Shown: positions 1 to 11,960, counted from the first letter of the stretch. The stretch is 64,000 nt of DNA from Octopus sinensis (GCF_006345805.1 NC_043002.1:17050001-17114000), one strand, 5' to 3'. The notes: generated by a model from the letters alone, not told the origin. Made by a program: numbers and translations.

Positions 1-374
1 CTTAATTTCTCTATCTGTGTGTATCGGCATATCCCAGAGTATGGTTGCTTTCTCGTTTTCTGTGACCTTTTCTGGTGTATGCCTATACCATCTTTTTTCT
101 GTTGTTATTCCATAATGTTGGCATAGCTTCCAATGTATGTAGGTTCCAACTTTGTCATGTCCGTGAATATATTCCTTCTTAGCCAGGACTGGGCAGCTAG
201 AGATAATATGATTTATTGTTTCTTGTCCATCTCCACATATTCTGCAGTTACTTGTTATATTTCTTTTCATTACATGTTTTTGGTAATTTCTGGTGGGGAG
301 GCTTTGGTCTTGTGCTGCAATTAAAAACCCCTCTGTTTCTGCTTTGAGTCCTGAGCTTCTCAACCATTGCTGGG

Positions 375-376
<2 letters not shown>
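1..376 (-). mobile_element. R4/Dong-type (restriction-like endonuclease) non-LTR retrotransposon fragment, 5'-truncated, running off the window edge
   Basis: Minus-strand translation QQWLRSSGLKAETEGFLIAAQDQSLPTRNY...CRICGDGQETINHIISSCPVLA...ILWDMPIHTDREIK is the CCHC finger region typical of R4/Dong elements. It abuts a (TAA)n tract, the known Dong target. Confidence 0.85.

Positions 377-467
<91 letters not shown>
376..467. repeat. (TTA)n/(TAA)n microsatellite between two Dong-type fragments
   Basis: Pure trinucleotide run seen directly. Confidence 0.95.
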
Positions 468-468
<1 letters not shown>

Positions 469-1041
469 TATGTGTGACTTTTGCTTTATGTTTGTACAAG
501 TTGGCTCCACGTCTCACCCAGGGACCTCAAGAGACAACAGGTTGGAAGTTCACGTTGTTGTTATGCCTAGAGTGCCATATATTTGGGGGGTTTTTTGGTG
601 TTGTACTAGTGAATGTCTAATAAATAATTTTTTTTTTAATTGTTTGTTTCAAACATTGAGATTACATAGAGATTATTTTGCGTAGGATATGAGCAGTTCC
701 CATGAGCATTATCTTTTGCATTTCTGCCATTTTTGGGTTTCCTGGTATCTGAGTTAGGTAGGAATCGGCCCCTTTCGCTATCATTCCCAGGGCACCCAGG
801 GTATTGTTTTAGTCTTCAGGTTCCACATTTTGCTGATTTCTATTTCAAGGTCTTTATATTTGCTCAGTTTTTGGTAGGTCTTGACAGATACGTTTATATC
901 GATTGGGACAGTCATATCAATGAGGAGGCATGTTCTTTGTTTGAAGTCTTTCAATATGATGTCTGGTCTCTTTGCATCTATCTTTCTGTCAGTTTAAATG
1001 GTGAAGTTCCAGAAGAGTGAGATGTGGTCCATTTCAAGCAC
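468..1041 (-). mobile_element. R4/Dong-type LINE 3' end (REL endonuclease remnant plus 3' UTR), copy A
   Basis: Minus strand encodes RPDIILKDFKQRTCLLIDMTVPIDINVSVKTYQKLSKYKDLEIEISKMWNLKT...GTAHILRK (PD..D..K motif) with a stop and frameshifts. It ends in the (TAA)n tract. Confidence 0.85.
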
Positions 1042-1269
1042 AATGAACACAAAAACGGCAGCCGCCTAGCGCAGGCGAAATTGTCTCAGAGTTGGACACA
1101 ACCTACTGAAATAATAATTGGCACGCAATAAATTATGCCCAACTCACAATAAACAAAATCACTTACCTCGACAACTTTCCGTTTTTGGTCTTTTTTCTTT
1201 AGTTGGACAGAGCTTGTTACTCACGTCCACTCTAGCTCAACAAGAAGCAACCGACTAACTGCGCATGTC
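1042..1269 (-). mobile_element. Displaced 5' part of the ORF1-only retroelement whose body lies at 5022-6412
   Basis: Bounded by 1270-1286, the reverse complement of 6413-6429 (17-bp TSD). Its minus-strand end reads in frame into the 5022 ORF (ARRLPFLCSL-AIEEEL). Confidence 0.65.
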
Positions 1270-1298
1270 TGGTTAGCAAGCTACTTACCACACAGCCA

Positions 1299-1329
<31 letters not shown>

Positions 1330-1370
1330 ATGCATATATATATATAAAAAGAGTGAAGGAGTAAATACGC

Positions 1371-1698
1371 TGTTCGGTCACGAATGGCCTTGGGATTGAC
1401 CCTAGAAGATTTCTCTCCTTGGCACAGGTCCCAGCAAGTGTGTTTGCAGAAGGTCAGAAGTCTCTCGTGTATACCAGATTCCCCTCTGCATACCACCGAT
1501 GTTATCCATGAGAAAGGTAAAGAACGATACCAGTGACTGGCACCAGTGACGTCGCAACGCATTTCTGCATATGAGCGAACGGGAGCAACGTGAAATAAAA
1601 TGTCTTGCACAAGAACAGAACTCATCGCCCCGTCCGCGAATGGAACTCACAACCTCCGAATCGTAAGCTTCATGCTCTAACCTTTGAGCCAAGCGCCT
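1371..1698 (-). mobile_element. tRNA-derived SINE
   Basis: Minus strand begins ggcgcttggctcaaaggttagagc...gagttccattcgc (Pol III A/B-box-like). The central ttatttcacgttgctcc segment is shared with 9303-9543. Confidence 0.7.
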
Positions 1699-1703
1699 TT
1701 ACA

Positions 1704-1736
1704 TCTCTCTCCTGCCCCCTCTCCCTCCCTCTTTCA

Positions 1737-1826
<90 letters not shown>

Positions 1827-1892
1827 ACACATATACATACATGTATATATATATATATGTATAAATATATACATATATATATATATATACAT

Positions 1893-1939
<47 letters not shown>

Positions 1940-1969
1940 GGTGTGTGCGTGTCTGTGTGTATTCATATG

Positions 1970-2016
<47 letters not shown>

Positions 2017-2027
2017 GTATATACATA
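1704..2027. repeat. Compound (CT)n/(TA)n/(CA)n microsatellite
   Basis: Seen directly. Similar compound tracts recur throughout, e.g. 7380-7500, 14030-14330, 19290-19780, 39705-40050, 44420-44670. Confidence 0.95.
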
Positions 2028-3397
2028 TCCTAGCATAGCAAAACACAAACCTTTAGACACTCATAGAACTAACAATCATATTTCTTTTTATCGCAGCCAT
2101 AAAGCCTAAAATTTAATTATATCGATCTCAGTGATGAAGTGGTGCTTAATTTACCAATCCTGACAGAGCGAAAAGAAACGCCAATATCAACGCATATGAG
2201 CTGAGAACGTAAAGCCGGAACAAATGAGACTAAATAACTTTTCCGTCCCGTAAAGAATTCTGCCAGCTCGCTACCTTATCTTTACATCCTAATGGCTATG
2301 TTTAGTTTAAATGGGGCAAGTCGAATGACATATAACCTGTGCTTATTTTCCACACCCACGTCTTTTTTTAGATTATTTCGTGTAATCAACACAGAAAGTA
2401 AATGATGCAAACCTTATTCCTTCGCCAACTACATGTCTGCAGCCTGGTAGCTTCCGATTTTGCAACCTAATTTTAGTCGATTTGTTTCACTCTCTGCTTA
2501 GAATTGGCTAAATGAACGGGAAGTGTATAGGGTCCTCTAAAAGTGACTATATTAATGCATTCAGCCAGGCTAGTGCGATAATAGTATGAGTATCGCAGCA
2601 ATTTGTAATAATCAATTACTTGGGTAAATATAAATGGCTACTCAATATTTCAAATATGAATGGCGTTTTCCCAAATGAATTTCCGTTCGGATTTTATTAC
2701 TAAGTAATAAAATTTTATTGTGAGATATATTCTTTCATTATTTGATGCTGTGAATCACAGTACGCCTGATTAATCGGTCCGTTATATTTAGCGAATACCA
2801 TTGATATATCATGGTTATCTATGAATTGGATATTTATATGGTCATATCAGGCATACAGAGGAAGTTGCTGGCGGGATTAAAATTCATGAATGGAAGAGCG
2901 TAAAATTATAACCTGGCATTGTAACTTAGAATTTACGGTTCTGTGGATGTATGTCTACTTTTGCTGCTATACTTTCTTCAAATGATTTCAATCATTACTT
3001 CATGAATCTATTATAAATGGAACGATGAAAAGTCATACCAATAGACTGAGTTTGTAACTGTTTAATCAGATTGGGGAAGAAATACATTAAAAATATTACG
3101 ATGACGAATTAATTTGTATATCACATCAATGGGCGTTGAATTGATCAATATTGAACGGCACCTACTCGTTCTGGAGTATTCCTAATTCCATTCAATTGCG
3201 TATTAATAGTGTAACAGTACGTTGCTTGATAATGTTGCACAAAGTTCATTCACTCATACGTCTATATATAAATGTATGTTTAAATATACATGTATAAATC
3301 ACACATACATACATATTCATATTCATATACATATATACATATGCATATACAAACAGACATATGGATATGCATATGCATACATATATATGTACACACT

Positions 3398-3439
<42 letters not shown>

Positions 3440-4386
3440 CATACATACATACATACATACATACATACATACATACATACATACATACATACGTACATAT
3501 ACATATGTATGTATATATGCATATATGCATTTGTTAATAAGCTTATTGAATACAAATCCGAAACTTTTGAGAACTAAAGATTAACCGAATATGAGCAGAA
3601 AATAATCACCCTGGATAATTAAACAATTACATTAAAATAGATAAAACATCAAGTACAGAGATGGTAATGAAATCACAAGAAATATATACTTAAATAGATG
3701 CGACAAGGTTTAAACATTCTTCTCTATACAATTTAATGACATACACCAATACTCCCTACGTGATCCGTCAATATAAATACACCATGCTGTTCTTTCTGAC
3801 ATGACGAGTGAATTTGCTTGCGTCCCAAAATTCTAAAGACCAGGATTCTCGAATGAAAACTACATTATATAGTGTTTATATGACTCTTCGTTGTATAGGA
3901 GAAGATACATGAATAATACATAAGTGATACATTTCATTTATTATTTCTTAAAATTTGCTTCTGAAGAAGACAATAATTTTATATAAATCCAAATTATTAA
4001 AAGCACATTTGTCACTATTTTTCATAACTGTGTTCCTAACTAGCGCAGGTGGTCGAATATGTAGGCATACTGAAAAAGATACAGACATACATATATGCAA
4101 ACATAAAAACAGAGAGCATACATTATCCAACATTGATATGATTTGAATTTTAAAAAATATACACAGTAGGAAGTACTGCACGTTTATTGAAAGAATCTTA
4201 GTTCTGCCAAAGCAATGTGAGCCAGGTATGCACACGACAAATCCACCATATATTCTCGAAATAGGCGACAATGTTCTGTAAAAAGTTACCATGCTCACTC
4301 TCTTGCGTTCTACTAAGAAATAGATTTCTTGAAAACGCAACCGAAAATCTTACTGGTAACACGAATAAATCACAACAACAACAACA

Positions 4387-4450
<64 letters not shown>

Positions 4451-5021
4451 GCCCCATGAAAAAACTGGTGGGAACACAGACCACCCCCAGTGCTTGAAAT
4501 GGACCACATCTCACTCTTCTGGAACTTCACCATTTAAACTGACAGAAAGATAGATGCAAAGAGGCCAGACATCATATTGAAAGACTTCAAACAAAGAACA
4601 TGCCTCCTCATTGATATGACTGTCCCAATCGATATAAACGTATCTGTCAAGACCTACCAAAAACTGAGCAAATATAAAGACCTTGAAATAGAAATCAGCA
4701 AAATGTGGAACCTGAAGACTAAAACAATACCCTGGGTGCCCTGGGAATGATAGCGAAAGGGGCTGATTCCTACCTAACTCAGATACCAGGAAACCCAAAA
4801 ATGGCAGAAATTCAAAAGATAATGCTCATGGGAACTGCTCATATCCTACGCAAAATAATCTCTATGTAATCTCAATGTTTGAAACGAACAATTAAAAAAA
4901 AAATTATTTATTAGACATTCACTAGTACAACACCAAAAAAACCCCCAAATATATGGCACTCTAGGCATAACAACAACGTGAACTTCCAACATGTTGTCTA
5001 TTGAGGTCCCTGGGTGAGACG
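4451..5021 (+). mobile_element. R4/Dong-type LINE fragment, copy B; 4490-5021 is an inverted duplicate of 510-1041
   Basis: Near-identical reverse complement of copy A (the listed ORFs 733-1020 + and 4511-4798 - differ at 2 residues). Preceded by (TAA)n at 4388-4450. Confidence 0.85.
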
Positions 5022-5867
5022 GCAATTGAGGAGGAGTTGGAAGAGTATTTGCCAACAATTAAATTCATTTCCAGTGGTGTCAAATATGCAACGGTGTGGT
5101 TGCTATTTGACACCCCTGAAGAGGCTTGCAAATTTGCTAGCAAACCCTTGGAGGGTAAGGAAATCTTATTTCTGCCCACGTACAAAAAAAAGAAATTGAT
5201 GAAAGCTTGGATCTGCGGACTGCCACCCGACATAGAATCCGAGTGGATAGAGGAGACTATCCGCCGGGGTCTGGGTGACAGTGAAACTAAGCTCCTCAAT
5301 GTAAAAGTTCTTCCTGCGGCTGCTTGGGTTGGGTCGAAAGAAATTTTGACCCTGTGGACCCAATCAGCCAATCTGGTTCTTCCAGATTTTTTGAAAATGG
5401 CCGGGTGCAGGTACCCGGTAATGCTTGAGGGTCGCCCCCCTAAGTGTCATCGGTGCTTGGAGTCCGGCCACATAAAGAAGTACTGTCCTCGGGAACAAAA
5501 TAGGATCCCGGAACAGTTAAGTAAAACCCCTCTAGAAGAGGGAACGATAACGGCCGAGAAAGCAGAGAACTCCTCAAACAGAGGCCGAAAGAGGAAGGTG
5601 AGCAACAATGGGTGCTCACCAAAGATAATAGGGATGAGGAGAGGAAGGCGAATCTTCCAGCCACGGAGGAGACGCACCCTCCCTCAGTTGAAAAGGGAAA
5701 AAAAAGAAAAAGAGGAAGAAAAACGGGACATTACCGGTTGTCAGTGTAACACCGGAATGTCCCGGAACTACGTCGGTTGGGGTTGTGCCACCGACATGAG
5801 AAGGAATACCGTTGGCGGAAACTGTGCCGCCAACGAAAGAACTGAATGTATTGGTCCTCTTCTATAG
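5022..5867 (+). pseudogene. L1/Tx1-type ORF1 (gag-like) protein: RRM-like region plus CCHC zinc knuckle, probably frameshifted after ~5620
   Basis: WICGLPPDIESEWIEE and GRPPKCHRCLESGHIKKYCP (CX2CX4HX4C) followed by a basic region. No reverse transcriptase follows. Confidence 0.75.
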
Positions 5868-6106
5868 AGGAGGAGAAACTGAAAAAGTGATGGAAGAGCA
5901 CTACAAGGGAGCACCTTTAGCCTTCACAATGGCCTCCGCAGGTAGCTGTGGAGGCCGTGGCGTTCGACGTGACGCTAGGGCTAAAGGAGCTCAATGAAGA
6001 TTATAACTTGGTCCCGGGCGACGCGAACTCGGAACTTGACTACGTTCTGAGGGAGGCGTGGTTGATGGTGGAGGGCGCGGGCACAAGCTACTTCGAGGAC
6101 AATACG

Positions 6107-6236
6107 TATTATTAGTAATGGACTTAGTCTAAAAATTGAAAAATTGTAAGAGGATTAATACCTCGTTTTGTATTAATAATGGACTGCTAAGCCCAAAAAT
6201 TGGAAAAATTGTAAGAGGTTTTATACCTCGTTTTGT
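6107..6236 (+). repeat. Two diverged ~60-bp tandem units in the 3' UTR of the ORF1-only element
   Basis: taatggact...aaaaattg.aaaattgtaagagg.tt.atacctcgttttgt occurs twice in tandem. Confidence 0.75.
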
Positions 6237-6412
6237 GTTTATCTTTTTAAAAAAGAACAATGTTTTAGAGAAGCAAAAGTCGGCGGGCGCTTTCTGTCTT
6301 CTCCCATCCTTATCATCTTTCTTTCATTATCATTCACCTCATTAATGTCCTCGTCCAGCCCGCAAAGCTAACTTAATCTGTGTACTGCCTTTATGGCAAA
6401 TGTTTTGAAATA

Positions 6413-6562
6413 AAGTAGCTTGCTAACCAACCACATGGTTCCGGGTTCAGTCCCTCTGCGTGGCAACTTGGGCAAGTGTCTTCTGCTATAGCTCCGGGCC
6501 GACCAATGCCTTGTGAGTGGATTTGGTAGACGGAAACTGAAAGAAGCCTGTCGTATATATGT

Positions 6563-6605
<43 letters not shown>

Positions 6606-6838
6606 GGTGTTTGTGTTTGTGTGTCTGTGTTTGTCCCCCTAGCATTGCTTCACAACCGATGCTGGTGTGTTTACGTCCCCGTCACTTAGCGGTTCGGCAA
6701 AAAAAACCGATAGAATAAGTACTGGGCTTACAAAGAATAAGTCCCGGGGTCGAATTGCTCGACTAAAAGCGGTGCTCCAGCATGGCCGCAGTCAAATGAC
6801 TGAAACTAATAAAAGAGTAAAAAAAAATGAGTAAAAGA

Positions 6839-6840
<2 letters not shown>
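6413..6840 (+). mobile_element. tRNA-derived SINE with internal (TA)n and a LINE-like 3' tail; its first bases lie at 1270-1298 on the minus strand
   Basis: ccgggttcagtccc B-box-like motif. Homologous to 26782-27206 and 35710-35867. Ends in aaaagagt repeats. Confidence 0.85.
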
Positions 6841-6878
<38 letters not shown>

Positions 6879-7380
6879 TTCATGTATGTCAGTGTGAATG
6901 TGTATCTTTGAAAATTATTTATGGGAAACGTAATGAATATGCAACTAAAGCTCCTAAGCTATTAAACGGCCACAATATCTAATGATGGTAATTTTGCACA
7001 CTCATCTATGACAGTGCTTCGTGTGTTACAGCAAGCTGTACCGATGTAATGTAGGATGTATAATATAGGAGAAATGTCTATGATGTTCATCTAAGAATTA
7101 TTGTTATGATATATGTATTTATATATATATATGAGTAAATGTAATGGCAAACAGGTTAGGCAAGTGGATTTACACACAATGTTAAGTACATTTAATAGAA
7201 CATATGTGCATGTGAATAAATAAATATAAAAGGGTGCAATTTACAGAATATAAACGATGTGAGGAAGTAAAATGGTTGAACGTTAGGAATCCAAAAGCTG
7301 ATCATGGTGCTTGGTGAACCGGATTAATGATAGTCACTTGGATCCATTATTGGATAGCTTTGTTTCCCTCTTCATATATA

Positions 7381-7472
<92 letters not shown>

Positions 7473-7499
7473 TATGTATGTATATATATATATATATGT

Positions 7500-7768
7500 A
7501 TCCTCTCGAAGAACCTGAGAGACCTGCATGGGGTGGATGCAGATGTCTTTAAAATGAAGCTGGATCTCTTCCTGTCAGGTATCCCAGATGAACCAACTTC
7601 ACGGCAGGAGGTGCAGATTAGGGCAGCTGCATCGAACTCTCTCATGCACCAAATGGCAGTTGCTAGAAAGCTTTCGTGAAGTGAAACCAAGTAGCAACAC
7701 CAAATGGCGGTGCCCCAGCATGGCCACAGCTCATAAGCTGAAACTAGTATCAATCAATCAATCAATCA
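7500..7768 (+). mobile_element. CR1/L2-group LINE 3' end fragment
   Basis: [39 protein letters not shown] matches the C-terminus of the RT element at 49651-50826. Has an (ATCA)n tail and sits in (TA)n. Confidence 0.85.
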
Positions 7769-7792
7769 TATATATGTATGTATATATATATG

Positions 7793-7827
<35 letters not shown>

Positions 7828-7852
7828 GTATGTAATATATATATATATTATA

Positions 7853-7895
<43 letters not shown>

Positions 7896-7903
7896 ATATA
7901 TAA

Positions 7904-7947
<44 letters not shown>

Positions 7948-8145
7948 ATCTAAACATGAAAACACAAAGAGAAAACACAACAACGCGAGGGCGTGGAACA
8001 AATATAGTATTATTGGACGCTCAGGAAGGAAGGGAAGAAAGAGGGTTTCGAGCAGAGTTCTTCGTCGGAAACATAGGAGAAGGAAAGATCCAGAGAAGGG
8101 AAGACAGAGGAAAAAATTCGCCAACGATACACACGCGGTCACATT

Positions 8146-8201
<56 letters not shown>

Positions 8202-8222
8202 TATATATATATAATATATATA

Positions 8223-8617
8223 CTAGCAGTATCGCCCGGCGTTGCTCGGGTTTGTAAGGGAATAACTATATAAGCATTTTTAGAGATGTAAAGTATTATA
8301 GCCATCTCAATATGGCTAACCACAAAGGGGAGGGTGTTACTGTAGCTTTTTACGTTCTGAGATTTAATAATAAATTTTTAGAGAGTTACTTCCCTTATAT
8401 ATGCCAAAAATGCATTAAAAATGGAAAACATTGATGGTAAATTATTTTTAAAATCGTAGACTCATCGTAGACGCGCGCTAATACGCAGAAGGGCTCGATA
8501 TTAATCACGACTATAAGATACCCGGTTTTGGTTAAACTGCACCGCAAAATGTGGGAGTAGTTAGGAATCTAAATCGTAGGAGACAGACAGCACACAACCT
8601 CTCTTTATATATAAAGA
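8223..8617 (-). mobile_element. Non-autonomous Helitron
   Basis: Minus strand starts TC (tctttatatataaa) and ends with a cccg-agcaacgc-cggg hairpin followed by gatactgCTAG. Inserted between A and T with no TSD. Second copy at 52950-53345. Confidence 0.8.
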
Positions 8618-8626
8618 TATATATAT

Positions 8627-8678
<52 letters not shown>

Positions 8679-9302
8679 GTGAGTCCATATATAATCCTAT
8701 ATACTGGGCTATGTATGTGCGCACGTTCGCATATGAAAAAAACACAATAACAAAACATTTTCGGAAAGATGTTTTAGGATTGTTTAGGATTGTTTTCTAC
8801 GCTTTTCTCAGATTTACGAACACACATATTCTAAGTTTACCCATATAGAAAATGTTTTGTTTTGTTTTTCCTCTTTTGTTTTTTTTTTTGTTTTTTTTTG
8901 CATTAGCGATGTTTCCTACTTGCGGTTTAGTTTCAATGTTTTTTGTAATTATAAAGCTGGTGTGTAACTTGGCTAGACAAAGCATAGTATAGTTCGGCTT
9001 AATTGCTCAAATTTAAAAAACAAATATACGTGAAAGAATATTTCTTAAAAAATCCTGTAATATAGCACCTTCATTCTATTTCCAATAAGATGCAAAATAT
9101 AACAGAAATTACCTCATCTCGGCTTGTGACTTATACGACTAAAATCTTTTAATATTTTAGATTACTATTTTTACGTAGTAATAGCGGTCTACCAAATATA
9201 TAAAACAAAATTTTTGGTAGGATTGACAATCTAATGCCACTAGCTAAATAATTGTATCGCACGTTCGACACACGATGTAATGGGATAATAATAATAAAAA
9301 AA

Positions 9303-9543
9303 GGTCCCTTCATGAGCTAGGCGCATAAGGGACGGTTTCCCGGTTTCAGTGGCGTAATAATTTCCCACTAGGATGGGACGCCGGTCCGTCGCAGGATTAC
9401 TCATTTTTGCCAGCTGAATGAACTGGAGCAACGTAAAATGAAGTGTTTTGCTCACGAACACAACGCATCGCCCGGTCCAGGAATCGAAACCACAATATTG
9501 CGATCATGAGTTCAACACCCGAACCACTAAGCTACGCGCCTCT
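9303..9543 (-). mobile_element. tRNA-derived SINE
   Basis: Minus strand gaggcgcgtagcttagtggtt...ggtttcgattcc (A/B boxes). Confidence 0.75.
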
Positions 9544-10042
9544 ACGGGATAAAAATAATGTGCTCGCAAATCGTTCTACTGAAGATATTGGTAATAACCC
9601 TAGACGATACGCAACGCTTGGCTTAATTCTGCTCTACACTGCTGAAGGCTCTCCGCGTATGTCAGTTTATATTGTGACATAGTCCATTAGGAGCCAACCA
9701 ATAAGGGTGTTCTAATTCCACAGAACGATAATGAATATAAACTTACCTACAAAACGCAATTCTAAATAGTTTGTAACTGCTTGCATCTCATATAATCTTT
9801 TGATATTTAAGGGTCATTCTTAATATGAATTTATATTTCATACCGAAAGATATACTTTTACAAATGACACATTCATATTTTACGATGGTATTTTAGAAAA
9901 TGTTTAATAATTTCTGATGAGGCACACGCATCTATAATTAATTAGATATTCACGATTGATTAAATAACAAATACTTTCAAAATATCTCTACTGTAAGTAC
10001 TAAACTAAATTCTAGATGCATATGGCCATCTAGCATATAGAA

Positions 10043-10081
<39 letters not shown>

Positions 10082-10768
10082 TAGAATCCCTTGAAGGTAA
10101 TAGTATAAATTAAATGCTTATTATGTAAATATGTAAATATTCCCGGTTGGGTTTTTAAATTTCGTTCGATTTAAATATATTTGAATCAGATTTTTTACGA
10201 CTTGTATATTCGAGGCGAAATATGCAAGAATGAATAATAATTGTAGTTAAATTAACTTATATTAAGGAGCTACATTCTCATGAAATTGCAGCATTTGAAA
10301 TCGGCACAAAATTAGAGAGCAAATACTGAAAAATTACCATTAAAATATAAATAATAATATTATGAAAATTGGAGCTAAGCGATTAGAATATTGAAATAGT
10401 TTCTGTGGTTAGTGATCTATTATGATAATTAATATTCTAAAATGTTTAATTCTCATAGCGTCTTCCGCGCCTGCCAAGTTTTCTAAATCACTTAAAATAT
10501 GTAACCAAGGGAAAATGCAAAAATTGGATCTAATTGAGAATAAGCAAATTGAATGCAGCAAAGCAGATGAAAAGTAAAGACAGATACAGATAAAGCAGAT
10601 ACTTTAGAACACACCTACACATACAGTCATATACAGAGGTATGGTTAAGCAAATTTCAATTAAAGTTATGAATATTTTACTGAACTCAAATATGAAATAT
10701 AATTCTTTATTATTACTCTCAGTTACGTAAAAAGATGATACATATAATTTTTTACACACACCAATATA

Positions 10769-11000
10769 TTTCTTTACTGTCCACAAGGGGCTAAACACAG
10801 AGGGGACGAACAAGGACAGACAAAGGGATTAAGTCGATTATATCGACCCCAGTGCGAAACTGGTACTTTATTTATCGACCCTGAAACGATGAAAGACAAA
10901 GTCGACCTCGGCGGGATTTGAAATCAAAACGTAGCGGCAGACGAAATACTGCTAAGCATTTCGCCTAGCGTGCTAACGTTTCTGCCAGATCGACGCCTTA
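10769..11000 (-). mobile_element. SINE (ggcggcgagctggcagaa family)
   Basis: Reverse complement of the 11141-11374 family. Confidence 0.85.
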
Positions 11001-11140
11001 CACACACCAATAATACGCACTGACTCATAGAGAAACCCAAAGCAAGAGAGTAATAGTAGAGTTTCACACAATATTCGCGGGTAGAAACATGCCGCGAATG
11101 AAATTTATTGAATTCAGTTCAACATAAGGAAGTGAAATAC

Positions 11141-11374
11141 AGCGGTGAACTGGCAGAAACGTTAGCACATCGGGCGAAATGCTTAGCAGTATTTCGTCTG
11201 TCGCTACGTTCTGAGTTCAAATTCCGCCGAGGTCAACTTTGCCTTTCATCCTTTCGGGGTCGATTAAATAAGTACCAGTTACGCACTGGAATCGATATAA
11301 TCGTCTTCATCCGTTTGTCTGTCCTTGTTTGTCTTCTCTGTGTTTAGCCCCTTGTCGGTAGTAAAGAAATAGGT
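11141..11374 (+). mobile_element. SINE (ggcggcgagctggcagaa family)
   Basis: gagttcaaattcc B box. Homologous copies at 22391, 33362 and 63042. Confidence 0.85.
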
Positions 11375-11829
11375 ATGATTTCTGAAACATTATCAATCAT
11401 AATTTATATTATCTGTGTAGTAGGGATCAGGTTAAATGATTAGTGAATAGAGATTTGGCAATATATATCAGGCAACCTGGTCGAATTCTCACATACATGA
11501 GCAATTTTAGAACTCATTAATGTGGAAGGTACAGGGTATTGTGCAACGAATCCTCATAGAAGATATAGCAGTAGCTTGTTTCTGCTTAGAGCTGCTCTTG
11601 CTTTAGGAAGGAGAGATTGTGCTGTACCGCGTAGGTCACCTGGTAGTCTAAAAATGAAGCGGCAGTTTATTTGGAAAAGCATTTACATATATAGCAATAT
11701 CATCATTGAAACTTATAAAAATGCTTCAAAAGATGGGAATAAGCGTTGTAAGAAAAACACCATAGCCGAAATATGTATATTTGGTAAATTTTCCTTATAT
11801 ATATGAAGAAGAAAAGGAAGAAATAGTAG

Positions 11830-11864
11830 GAGAAGAAGAAGAGGAGAAGAAGAAGAAGAAGAAG

Positions 11865-11896
<32 letters not shown>

Positions 11897-11960
11897 GAAA
11901 AGAAGAAGAGGAAGAAGAAGAAAGAAAAGAAAGAAGAAAACCAACAACAACAACAACAAT
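11830..11960. repeat. (GAA)n/(CAA)n microsatellite
   Basis: Seen directly. Confidence 0.9.

Noticed and set aside
1605-2109. ORFs rich in YI/HT/VC/II repeats, here and throughout the ORF track
   Set aside because: They are translations of stop-free microsatellites, not genes.
510-5021. A DNA transposon with 532-bp terminal inverted repeats
   Set aside because: The repeats are LINE coding sequence, there is no TSD or transposase, and an inversion explains all junctions.
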